In this document: in pieces, positions 48,563 to 60,844 of the stretch
Position numbering within the stretch: position 1 is the stretch's first letter
How the letters are laid out: each line of letters begins with the position of its first letter
Source: Heteronotia binoei
Taxonomy: Eukaryota
DNA: 64,000 nucleotides
NCBI RefSeq assembly: GCF_032191835.1
Contig: NC_083227.1
Span: forward strand, 37,324,001-37,388,000
Direction of reading: 5' to 3'
Notes under the pieces: model-generated
The model's input: only the letters and a program-made list of their open reading frames with translations
Told to the model about the DNA's origin: nothing
The model's database searches: none
Translations under genes and position numbers: made by a program

Positions 48563-49233
48563 GTGTGTTTAATTTTTTGTGATTTAGAGGCTATGTTTCC
48601 TTTCTGTGATGACTGCTAAATCAATAGATCTGCTGTGCATATAAGCCATGTCAGGAATTATTTGAACCGAGCGCGAGTATGTCCCAAAAGGGAATGCTAA
48701 AGACCTCAGGGTGCTCATTCATATACATGCCCTTCCCTGAGATGGGATTATGAAGATCACCCCTGACTGTGATCTGTAAAGGATCCATTCCCTTTACAGT
48801 GGTTAAGATTCTGGGCTTTGATATTGACTATGTTTCTGTCCTTCCAGAAGAATTTTTTCTCTTCCATGGATTTCTTTTCTTCACCATACAGGAATGTTTG
48901 TTGTCTCCCACTTCACCACCCCACCCCCAAGAAAGCAGCCAGGAATATAAGAGACTATGGTGGAGAACAGCCTTCTGTTTAAAGAACGGCTGGAGAATTT
49001 CTCAGAAAGACCTCACCTAATTGAAGGCACGCCTGGAGTCCTGCAGAAAAAAGGAGAATGAAAATAATTAATTACTAAATTATTTGAGAGACTGTACAGA
49101 GGGAAAAGACCCTCAATGAAATCCTACAAGTCTCTGAGGAATACAGAAAATGCAGGTCATTCCATACTAAAAATGGCATCACTCATAATTATACGAAGCA
49201 GATGGATTAGTTATGCAGATTAGCTCTCCAGAT

Positions 49234-49530
49234 AAAGGTAAAGTTAATCCCCTCTGCAAGCAGCAGTCGCTTCCGACTCTGGGGTGACATTGCTTTCGCA
49301 ACGTTTTCACGGCAGATTTTTTACGGGGTGGTTTGCCATTGCCTTCCCCAGTCATCTACACTTCCTCCCAGCAAGCTGGGTACTCATTTTACTGACTTCG
49401 GAAGAATGGAAGGCTGAGTCGACCTTGAGCTGGCTACCTGAACCCAGCTTCTGCCGAGATCGAACTCAGGTTGTGAGCAGAGTTTAGGACTGCAGTACTA
49501 CAGCTTTACCACTCTGCGCCACTGGGCTCT
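49234..49530 (-). mobile_element. Sauria/Squam1-like SINE (tRNA head, BovB-type tail)
   Basis: Head GAGCCCAGTGGCGCAGAGTGGTAAAG, core GTCGACTCAGCCTTCCATTCTTCCGAAG, tail ACCTTT. 14-bp TSD TTAGCTCTCCA(G/A)AT. Confidence 0.85.
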
Positions 49531-50543
49531 TTTAGCTCTCCAAATACAATTGGTTAATTCAATATGAGTCCATATTCTTGTAGATGTTCCCTTCTGCTGA
49601 CCAGTCTCTTCTGGCTTTGGCTCCAGAGGGCACATTCCTTTGTCCAGTCCAGGGTGCTTTCTTTGCTTTTTCTTCTTTTCTCTCAAAATAGTTTGCTTCC
49701 AGGAAGTCTCAAACTTACCGCAGATGCATCAGCTTGCAGTTAGAACAATCACTCCTTTGAGATGTTAGCTACCTTCTCTAAGAACACTGATGGCTTACCT
49801 TAACATCTGATGTTAGGAAGCTACTAGAGTTAAATAAACTCTCATATGGATTCCATATGCCTGATCAAAGTGTCTCCAATATTCTAGTGTATCTGTGAAT
49901 ACAAAATATGATTTCTTGGAATGCGTCTGGGTTAATAGTGTAAACTAAATATGCAAATAAGTAGCCATTACCATCAGTAATGCCAAGGGAATGGGAACTT
50001 TCCTCCTCATTTCTGAGCGACTCTTGGTTTGGTAGAATTATCCAGCCCACTGAGTAAAGAGGAAGGGAGGCCTTCTGGGGCCTGGAATCTGGAGGTTCAG
50101 AAGCTCCTTCCCGGGGCTGAGCTCAGCTGTTACTCTTGAGTGGCTGCACTCTCCTTAAATACTGGATATTCCAGGAAAGAGGGGGGTGTTACCTGAGAAC
50201 AGCCATGCTGGATGAGGCCAAAGCACATCAAACCATTCCTACAGCAGTCTCCTGGATTCCTTAAGGCCTTAATATTAAGTGGAGATGGGTATGAGTGCTT
50301 TCTTTGGAGCTACCTTGCAGGGGTGGCCTGTAGTGGGTAGTCCCACCAGTTAACCCTGCAATCCAAAGATCAGTGGCTTAAGAGAAATCACACAGCACCT
50401 GCTCTGTGGTGAGGATTGATTCTGCTCACCCTGAGGGGGCTGAATCATGTGTGATTGAAGAGATTCCCACAGAAACTGTCAGCCCAGTAAACACAGCAAC
50501 AGGTTCTCAGTTGAAACACAGTATGTTTGAGCCACAGTATGTG

Positions 50544-50817
50544 GAGAGCCAGTTTGGTGTAGTGGTTAAGTGTGCGGACTCTTATCTGGGAGAACTGGGT
50601 TTGTTTCTCCACTCCTCCACTTGCACCTGCTGGCATGGCCTTGGGTCAGCCATAGCTCTGGCAGAGGTTGTCCTTGAAAGGGCAGCTGCTGTGAGAGCTT
50701 TCTCCAGCCCCACCCACCTCACAGGGTGTCTGTTGTGGGGGAGGAAGGTAAAGGAGATTGTGAGCCCCTCTGAGACTCTTTGGAGTGGAGGGCGGGATAT
50801 AAATCCAATATCTTCTT
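50544..50817 (+). mobile_element. Squam3-like tRNA SINE
   Basis: Same family as 46467..46740. Confidence 0.85.
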
Positions 50818-52062
50818 CACAGCAGCAGGCCCGGTGCTAGGGTTTCTGGCGCCCCATGCCGCACGCTGCACTGGTGCCCCCTTCTATGTTCTATGAAGTG
50901 ACGTAATTGGGCCACGCACGATTTGTGCTAACACTCAGCCTGGCCCTCTCCCTCTTCAAAGGGAGCCGGGAAGACAGCAGCCTCTTCCTGACTCCCTCTG
51001 AAGAGGGAGACGAATGAGCAGTAGACGGGCCAAGCCGCATTCGGGAGGTGCAGAGGCCAGGGCCCTGGAGGCCACCCCCCCTTCCGCCCCCCAAGAGCGG
51101 CTCAAAGTCGCTCCTGCTGCTGCTCAGCAAGGGATGGAGTCCAGCCACGTTCGGGAGGGGCAAAGGCCGGGGCCCTGGAGGCTGCCTCCATCCCCGCCAA
51201 GAGCGGCCGAAAGTCATTCCTGCCACCGTCCAGCAAGGGATGGCTGAGCCAGGTTTGGGTTGACTCTGTGGGGGGGGGGGGGTGAAGTGGCACTCCAGCC
51301 GGCCACCTACTTTGCCAACTCCCACATGCCAGCCCTGCACAGCAGGAGAGACAGGACTGTAGCCACCTTCCATCTCCCCAAGAGGCAAGCGAGCAACTCC
51401 TTCCCAAAGCAAAGTCCTTTCTAGCCTCTTGAGGGAGGAAAGTGTCTGCCTGGATGATTCAGAAATGATTGTGAATTATACAGTAGATAGGTTTGGCTAA
51501 GGTCCAGAGAACGTCTCAAAAATAACAGGAAAATGGCTCTGACCTTGAGATGGGTGGCCCTGCACTGCAGGGTTGGTTTTCTCATTGATCATTAACTGCC
51601 CTGCTAAGAACTGGCACCTTTCCCAAAAACCATGGGAGTCCCCATTGAATGGGGGGATCACTTGGTGAGTTCCTGACTTCTCCCCCTCCCCAGAAAACAT
51701 GTAATTTTGGGAGGCTGAAAACCAGCTCCTTCTGGCTCTGCTCACAACTGGAAGGAAACTCTCAGTGCAGTTGAAGGAGTGGATATCTAACTTCTCATTT
51801 AATTGTCAATGCAGAGAATCAAAAGAGCTGCATGACAAGTCAAATGGGAACAGTGGGGGAACAATTATTTTCCACTAAGGACATATGAGGACAGATAGGA
51901 AGAATATAAATAACAGCTCTGTGGGAAGGCATGACAGGGATAACATGTGACCAGCGTCTCAGTTTGGGAGAAAAACTGATCAAAGAAATGTGTGCTGATT
52001 CATGAGTGGTGACGTGGCTTCTTGCAAGGGTGCTGATTGAAACTCTTGCTTTATTCCAGCAG

Positions 52063-52179
52063 CAGATGTACAAGAGACAGCTGAGGAATTCCAGGGGTTC
52101 TCTTTGGAAAAACCCAATAATGAAGATGCCGAAGGACACTATGGAGATGAATCACAGAGGCAGGAGGGAAGCTATACAG
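52063..52179 (+). CDS. ZNF-B probable 117-nt cassette exon (phase 1-1)
   Basis: CTTTATTCCAGCAG|CAGAT...TATACAG|GTAAGA; open [39 protein letters not shown]. Confidence 0.6.
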
Positions 52180-52384
52180 GTAAGAGGAGTCATACAGTTG
52201 GGGAAGGCATATAAACATCTCTCATGGAGGAGGCTTAAATGTACTTTTAAAGTGTACATTATTGTAGCCTTCAGTGTACAGCAGGAAGAAACCACTGAAA
52301 TATTTAGAGTTCAGATACAAATTCAGGTGCAGATCAGATCCCTTTGTGTGGGCTGTAATGGGATCTCTTTCTTTATTCCAGCAG

Positions 52385-54336
52385 GTGACAATCAGAGGAA
52401 TGAGGAGGATGAGGAACAGCATCCTCAATTGCCAGAGGAAGTGAAGAATGAAAACTTGGGAGGAAACTTCAGCAATCAAGTTCGGCCTAAGAGGGAGGAA
52501 AGAAGCCAGGTTGTCAAGAAGATGAGTAAAGCCATTCCTTGCCAAGGGGGGCATTTCCAAGAAGTCTTTCCCATGGTGAAGAAAACATACAAGTCCTTGG
52601 TGTGTGGAATGAACTTCCCAGATCAATCACAGTTAAAGGTCGATTTACAAATGCAGAGTGGAAAGAAAACCCAACAATGGCCGGAGTCTGGAAAGAGCAT
52701 GATTCACAGAGCAGAACTCCTTAGATGGGAAAAAACACATTCAGGAGAGAAACCTTATAGCTGCTCAGAGTGTGGCAAGAGATTCTCAGAGAAATCAGGC
52801 CTTGTTCAACACCAAAGGATTTGCTCAGGACAGAAGCTAGTTATTAGGTCTGAGATAGGAATGGCATTCTCCGAAGGAGGAAAAGGTAATGTACATTTTC
52901 CAAAACACAGTATAGTGAATGCAAATAAATTCTTTTGGTGCAGAAAGTACTTCAGATACAGATCACAACTCCTTGTGCACAAAAAAATCCACAGAGGGGA
53001 GAAGCCTTTTGAATGCTCAGAGTGTGGGAAGAGATTCAGTCGGAGTGGCACTCTTCTACAGCATCTAAGAACCCACAAAAGGGAGAAGCCTTTTGAATGC
53101 TCAATGTGTGAGAAAAGATTCAGTTGCAATGGCAGTCTTCAAAAGCATCTAAAAATCCACACTAGAGAGAAACCTTTTGACTGCTCTGCGTGTGGGAAGA
53201 GATTTAATGAGAGTGGCACTCTTCAGCAGCATCTAAGAACACACACAGTGAAGAAGCCTTTTGAATGCTTACAGTGTGGGAAGAGATTCACTCAGAGTGG
53301 CATTCTTCAGCAGCATCTAAGAATCCACACAGGAGAGAAGCCTTTTGAATGCTCATTGTGTGGGAAGAAATTCCGTTGGAGTGATGGTCTTCAAAAACAT
53401 CTAAGAACTCTCACAGGGCAGAAGCCTTTTGAATGCTCAGTGTGTGGGAAAAGATTCACTCGGAGTGGCACTCTTCAAGAGCATCTAAGAAACCATGCTG
53501 GGGAGAAGCCTCTTGAATGCTCAGTGTGTGGGAAGAGATTCAGTCGCAATAGCGATCTTCAAAAACATCTAAGAACCCACACAGGGGAGAAACCCTTTGA
53601 ATGTTTAGAGTGTGGGAAGAAATTCAGTCGCAGTGGCAATCTTCAAGAGCATCTAAGAACACACACAGGGGAGACGCCTTTTCAATGCTCAGAGTGTGGG
53701 AAGAGATTCAGTCGCAGTTGCACTCTTCATAAACATTTAAGAACTCACACAGGGGACAAGCCTTTTAAATGCTCTGAGTGTGGAAAGGGATTCAGTCAGA
53801 GTGACTATCTTAAAAATCATCTAAGAACCCATACAAGGGAGAAGCTTTTTGAATGCTCCGAGTGTGGGAAGAGATTTGGTCGCAGTGGTACTCTTCAGAA
53901 TCATCTAAAAACCCACACAGGGGAGAAGCCTTTTGAATGCTCCGAGTGTGGGAAAAGATTCAGTCAGCGCAGCCATCTTCAAAATCATCTAAGAACCCAT
54001 ACAGGGGAGAAGCCTTTTGAATGCTCTGAGTGTGGGAAGAGATTTGGTCGCAGTGGTAGTCTTCAAAATCATCTAAAAACCCACACAGGTGAAAAGCCTT
54101 TTGAATGCTCTGAGTGTGGGAAGGGATTCAGTCAGAGCAGCCATCTTCAAAATCATCTAAGAACCCATACAGGAGAGAAGCTTTTTGAATGCTCCGAGTG
54201 TGGGAAGAGATTTGGTCAGAGTGGTACTCTTCAGAATCATGTAAAAACCCACACAAGTAAAAAGCCTTTTGAATGCTCCAAATGTGGGAAGGGATTCTGT
54301 CAGAGCAGCCATCCTCAAAATCATCTAAGAACCTAA
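52385..54336 (+). CDS. ZNF-B terminal exon: 14 canonical C2H2 fingers plus degenerate or truncated fingers; protein 895 aa (934 with the cassette exon)
   Basis: TTCCAGCAG|GTGAC acceptor in phase with KRAB-A; long TGEKP-linked array; TAA at 54334-54336. Confidence 0.93.
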
Positions 54337-54919
54337 TCAGGGGAGAAGCCTTTTGAATGCTCCAAGAGTTCAAATAGATTCACTCAGAGTGACACTCTTC
54401 AAAATCCTCTGAGAACCCAAACAGGGGAGAATGCTTTTGAACACTCAGATGTAAAGAGCGATTCCATCAGTGTGGCAATCGTCAAAAGTGTTGAAGAAGC
54501 TACACAAATGGAAAGCAGGTAACTGCTTAGCCCAAAGTTGTGGAACTCTCTTTTTCTGCTGGGACATGTGTGCCATAAAATGTTATGCTAGGTACTGGAG
54601 ATAATAAATTTCAGAAAAGACACAGGCAAACCCTGTTAACAATGTAATTTTTTACTCAAAATGCAGCAAACCCAGTTAACACTATAATTTTTTACTCAAA
54701 ATGCAAACATGCTTAAAACATTATTTCCGTAATTTAACTGTCATTGATAACTGACCTCTCTTGCTCTGAATTATTGCTTCAAAATCTGGAGTCAGTGTCT
54801 GAGCTGCAGCTGAGAAAGTACTTTTGATTTATGGGCATTTATTAAAGAAAATAGCTGTTCTCACACTGTCCAAAACATAGACAGAATTTTAGAAGCGAAA
54901 GCCTTAAGCATGCTTACGT

Positions 54920-57900
54920 ATTCTATCACCCCTCGGCATCATCGGCCCTTGCAGAAGAAATGCAGGGGAAGCAGCGCCTTCATGCCTCCCTTGTGAATAA
55001 GGAGGGGAGAAAGATTGGTATGTTCATCCGAAAAGCCTACTCCTCTTCGACCTTGAACTGGAGATTGCAAACTATCCACCATCAGGGAAGGCGTATCAGC
55101 TCTTGCAGTGGGAGAAACTGGTACTTACCTGGACTTTCTTCCAGAAGACAAGAAACCCCTGGTCAGACTGGTGCAGGCAGAAGCCACCTGCCTGTCCAAG
55201 CAACAGATCAGTATGGGTAAGCACTCCGCTGAGAGCTGCCAAGATGATGGCATTGGCCCTGGTGTTGGGCATCATGTTTGGCTCTGTTCTACCGCCATTC
55301 TGCCTGAAATGAGACAGAGGGTGGGAGACTTAGATTAAGAAGAAGAAGATATTGGATTTATATCCCGCCCTCCACTCCAAATTTCAGAGTTTCAGAGCGG
55401 CTCACAATCTCCTTTACCTTCCTCCCCACAACAGATACCCTGGGAGGTGGGTGGGGCTGAGAGGGCTCTCACAGCAGCTGGCCTTTTAAGGACAACCTCT
55501 GCCAGAGCTATGGCTGCCATGGCCATTCCAGCAGGTGCAAGTGGAGGAGTGGAGAATCAAACCCAGTTCTCCCAGATAAGAGTCCGCACATTTAACCACT
55601 ACACCAAACTGGCTCTCACTTACCTCTTGAGGGGGCTACTCTGTTTGCCATCAACACCAACAAGGTGCTGTCCCAGATCAAAAAAGACAAGCAAATGTTG
55701 AGATCCTTTGGTATCCCCCAGGGATCCCCTGCCCCTTACAAGGCTTGCCACACCTATGGGCCTCATGGCTATCAGATGCCCTACTTCCACCACCCATACC
55801 AGCAGAAGGCAGCTCAGTATAATCCTGTGCCCCTTCCAAGGGCACATGGGCCAAGACAGATATAGGGCTGCGCACAGCAGGGACCTTCCCCACAACAGCC
55901 CCAGGTCAAGGACTAGTAATAGCAGGGCTTGAAAGGGTCTTTCGGACTACCACCCGTGGCAGACCCCACACCCAACTTTTGCCTGGGCAGGCTGAAACCT
56001 TTTGTACAGACCTGGGGCTGGGTCTTGGTCATAGTGCAAGAGGGGGTACAAGCTAGAGCTTTGGCAAAGGGCCCCCTAACATCTGGATGGATCACTTGAT
56101 AATTCCCTCCCAGAGCTTCAACAGGAGGTAACCTCTCTGTTAGGCATGGGTGCACTTCAGAGAGACTCAAAAGTGTGATCTTGTCACAGTTTCTTTTCTC
56201 ATATCCCCCCTCATCCTTAAGAAAGATGGGTTTCTGACCAATTTTAGATTTAAGGGGTGTTAATTTTATTCTCAAGGTTACAACATTCAAAAAGTTAGCA
56301 ATATCTTCTGTTTTTAAAATGTTGGAATTAAACTTTTGGTATTGCATGCTAAATCTCTTAAGATGCTTATTTTCATATGGCAATGCACCCAAGTTTAAGC
56401 ACAGTACAGTTCCCTAGCAATACACCGCGCTCCTGTTTTGGTGATCTACAGCAGGGGTCCCCAACCTCTGGTCCAGTACTGGCTGTGGCCTGTTAGCAAT
56501 GAGGCTGCGAGACAGAGGCGCCACACTGCCCCTTTTGCCTGCCTGGGAGCCGGGCTTGGCCTTCAAGGCTAACTCCCCTTGCAGGGGAGGCAGCCTCAGA
56601 GCGAGGCAGAGCAGCCCCACTGCCCCGTCCGCACCGTTGGGATCCAGGCAGACAAAAGGGGCTGTACGGCCTCACTCCGAAGCTGCTTCCCCTTGCAGGG
56701 GAGGCAGCCTTGGAGTAAATCCACACCTCCTTTTGTCCACCTGGGTCTTGGCCAGTGGAAGAGGCAGCACTGCTGTGACCTTCCTACCCCTCATTTATAG
56801 ACACCTGCTGATCAGTGGAGGTCTTTATATGGGAAGGGGAGGTAGATTGGCTTCTTCTGCTGCCTGGCTGCCCCCCTCCTTTAAAGACCCCCATAGGGGG
56901 TAGAGAGAGGGTGCAGGCAGGGGGACAGCCTGGGCAGCAAAAACCCCAGCACCACCTCCTCCCCCCCCCCCCCCCCCGTCCATGGAAAAATTGCCTTCCA
57001 CAAAACCAGTCCCTGGTGACAAAAAAGGTTGTGTGCCACTGATCCAAAGCACCGAGGGTTTTTTAAAAGTGCCTAGCTGTAGTGGTAGCACACCTTAGAA
57101 TTGAAAGGTATGCTATGTCCCCATATCAAGATGACTGGTCACAGAACAGTCCAAGGAGGCACTGGAGAGGCAAGTGGAGCCTGTGTTGTTCACGTGCCAG
57201 AATCTGGGTTTGGTAGTCAGAAATCACAGCTTTAGCTTGTACATTAGGTTCAGTTCATTGGAGCCATTCTTGATTCATCCAGGGCAAAAGTGTACCTCCC
57301 TATAAAAAATGCATCTTCTATCAGAACATATGCTTCCAATTGGCCGTATTCCTTCAAAAACTCCTAGGGCTCATGGCATCCACCACAGCTGCAAACACCC
57401 TGCAGCAAGGGTTCCTGTATAGGTTCCTCCTGGCCAGGCACTAGCAACATGTCAAATTGTCAAACTGTGCCGGGAAGCAGCCCACATCTGGCAGTTCACT
57501 GCTTGTCAAGAATTCTTATAGGCATTCAATGTCATAAGCTCAAACACCAGGATGGATATATTGAGTGGGACTTGGCTACTTAGGTCTCCATGGAGGAGAC
57601 CTGTATTTGTCTGGTGTTTGAAGATTAGGAGTTTCCAGAGATGGGTTTATTTGCCACAAAGCACAGTACCAATTTTTTGTTCCAGGGTGCGGGCAGATCC
57701 CCTCTCATTGGGGGTATGCCTTTCAGATCAGGTGGACCATCACTATCTTCCATGCCTTTTCCCCTCTCCCACTTTTGCCCAGATTGCTGACCAAGGTCAG
57801 GGACAAAGGAACTGACTGCATTCTGATAGTCCCCTTCTGGTCAAGGCAGGCATGGTTCCAGTTGTTGGACCTGCAGAGCCACTATGTCTGCCTCCTGCAG

Positions 57901-58680
57901 GTAGAGGACCTACGACATGATGTGCCACTTCTTCATGAAGTGGGCAGTTGGAAACTGATGGTGTGGCTCCTCAATAGCCCCAGTTCAGATTCTTGGAAGG
58001 TTGTATATTTTGCTGGATATGCATATATTAAGGGTGTCTTTACTCACACAGAGGAATTGGTTTTATTGGAAAAGATAATTTTTTCAGCAGGAGATGTTAC
58101 AGTCCAGCATGCTGAATTGCTGGTGGTTCTGGAAGTGGTGAAAGCTGCCCCTTCAGGCTCCCTTGTGCCAGTCTATGCAGATAGGCAGTATATCTGGTTT
58201 TCTTTCTGATCTTAACATTTTGGAAGCAATATTGCTTCCGTATTTCCAGGGGCAATCCAATGAAAGCCAAATGGATCTGGTTGGTAATGATGAGCTGGCC
58301 TCAACAAGAGGAAGCAACTTTATTCTGTAAAAGCACATCAAACTCGAGTTCTTCATGTCCCTGGGAATTCTGCTGCCAATACAACTATGAAGGAAGCAAG
58401 ACAGCAATCTGTCGTAGGCAGGGCTTTTTGTGTGGGAAAAATCCCAGCAGGAACTCATTTGCATATTAGGCCACACCCCTGATGTCACCATTGTTTCGGG
58501 GCTTTTTGTCGAAGAAGCCCAGCAGGAACTCATTTGCATATTAGGCCACACACCCTGGCACCAAGCCAGCCAGAACTGCGTTTCTGTGCATTCCTGCTCA
58601 AAAAAGCCCTGGTTGTAGGTGTGGTGAACAGGTAAACTGCCTTTTTGAATGATGTTTTACAGGCATGCTTAGTCCTCAGC
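54920..58680 (+). mobile_element. Duplicate of the decayed DIRS1-like element, with nested SINE (55337..55617), MER1-like hAT (56452..57041) and hAT MITE (58419..58611)
   Basis: Colinear with 1120..4870. Confidence 0.8.
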
Positions 58681-59177
58681 AAGCCAAACCCCAAAAATGA
58701 CCCCCAAAGTTATAAATATTGTCAGTCTTTAAGGTGCTGTTTGACTTTTGTTTTATTTTGCTACAACAGACTAACGCAGTATCCCTTTTCAACCAAATAG
58801 TTCAACAAAGTGGCCAGCCAGTTGCCTTGAGACATGTTTATGTGGAACATTAGTAGGTGGCCATTCACACATCTGTCTCTGACTAATGGGACCTGACCCT
58901 TTATGTACTCAGACTGCAAACTGGTGCAGTATTTTCCTGTAAATTAGGCCATGCTTTTAAAAGGGTTAACTTTTATTCACTAAGAAGTAGCTGACAGAAG
59001 GCACAACAGAAAGGAAATCTGAATGGTAACGGGCAATCAAAACATCTGCCAAATCAAAACCCTTCAGTTATTGGTAGGTTTAGTTCAACAGTTACTAAAA
59101 TGTTTGGGATTAAGATGCCCAATTATGTTTGTTTCCCACATGGTTAGTGCACTAGAGAATTTGGTGGATGTGTTAAT

Positions 59178-59927
59178 GGCCTTTTTCACACAGTCTATGT
59201 ATTCCGGTATGGAAGCTGGTCAGTTACTGAACAGTAACGGGTTTCTGCTGGCATTTCAGACAGACCCGATTCAGTAACTGGCTGCTACCAGAATACTCTC
59301 ACCTTTTCACACACTCCCGCGGCTGTCCCGGTAGTGAGGCGTGCCTGAGTCGTTACAAAGAGCAGCTTCTTCCACTTTTCAACCCCTCCTTCCGGGTTGA
59401 AATCGCTATGGGGTGCTGTGTGAAATGTCCAGTATCTAACCCGGGAGCAGTTTTCGCGCCCTTTTTCGCCCGCCGGCGCACGCGATCTCCGGCTTTTTTT
59501 TTTTTGGAACGTCGGGCTAAGATCGCTATAGCGCTATAGTGACGTATCACAACAGCATCACCATAGGGATGCCTGGGCTCCATTAAGATGCCAGATATCG
59601 CCACCGCTGAAACCTGGTAACATCTCAATAGAGCCTAGCCATCTCTATGGTGTTGCTGTTGTGATACGTCACTATAGCGCTATAGCGATCTTAGCCCGAC
59701 GTTCCAAAAAAAATAATAAGCTGGAGATCGCGAGCCGGCAGGCAAAAACAGCTGGCACTGGTGGAAGCGAGATAAGAGCGGAACAGTGTGAAATGGCTCG
59801 CTTCAATCACGGAACCCTACCGGAAAAAAAAACATGTGTCTGAAAACTCCCATCCCTGTCTCGGATTACTGCAAGCGGCACAATACCGACTCCCTTCCGG
59901 TTTCCACTGGTAAGTGTGAAAAGGGCC
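59178..59927. mobile_element. Duplicate of the Harbinger-like palindromic MITE
   Basis: Same TIRs and AAT flanks; central arms 59506..59570 and 59641..59705. Confidence 0.7.
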
Positions 59928-60844
59928 AATGTCTCTGAAGAGAATGAGAGAAGGAAGTAGGGTGATGCCAGCCTCCTACTGGGATCTGCAAATTACCAGA
60001 AGTTACACCTCATTTCCAGACTACAGAAATCAGTTCCTGTGGAGAAGATGGATGTTTGGAGGGCGGACTCTATGGCATTGTACTCCATTGATAGATGCTC
60101 CAGAGCAGTAACCATGAGCTGTGGCAGAGCAATGGGGCGAAAGATTGTGGAGATGAAGCTAACTGTAACCTGAGATGGTGCTGATTAACTCAAAAACAAG
60201 GACTGGATATTTGCTTACAGATGTGCGGGGACTTAGATTAGCTTTTGCCTTTATAATTTCTCCAGAATGAGTCTGCATTGCTCTCTTGGATGGGTCAGAC
60301 ACTTAGCTTAAGCAAATCTCTTTATGTCTCCTGTCATATTTGTCCTAGCCATCCCTAACGCTGACCATTTCTTGTGGCTGGAATCAGGATTGGTTGCTTT
60401 TAGGATGAGCCTTACAAAAGGACACCCAGAAACCTTGTTTCACATTTTGACGAATGTTGTTAATAATTTCCTCTGAGTTTGCTCAAGCTACGCCCCCTTG
60501 GCCTTTTGGAATCTCTTCTCTAGATATGAAAGGGAGGTGGGGGCTTTTGATCGGCTCCCCTTTTCTGTTTACTGGGGTAAACAGAAGCCCCCTAGACCAC
60601 TATAGGGGAACTGGTGTAACAAGATGCCTGGAGGCCTAAAGAACAGGGCATAGAGGCCAAGGTTTTCTCCTCTGTTTCTTCCTAGGACTGGTACTCAGAG
60701 GGGGTGTTATATAGGAAAATACCACAAAAGCATAAGAGTACACACAGGCCATTCCCAGCCATCTTCTATGCATATAAAGGTTCCTCTCCCTTAAATTGAT
60801 TTGAAATGATGGGACTCCCTGCTGGTACCCTTGAGTCCTGCCCT

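Noticed and set aside
52006-52384. N-terminal 126 aa of the 776-aa ORF as a single-exon ZNF
   Set aside because: It starts at GTG in intron sequence. The paralog has a 4.5-kb L1 in the equivalent interval, and the conserved 117-nt segment is in a different frame. The spliced SCAN-KRAB model explains the locus.
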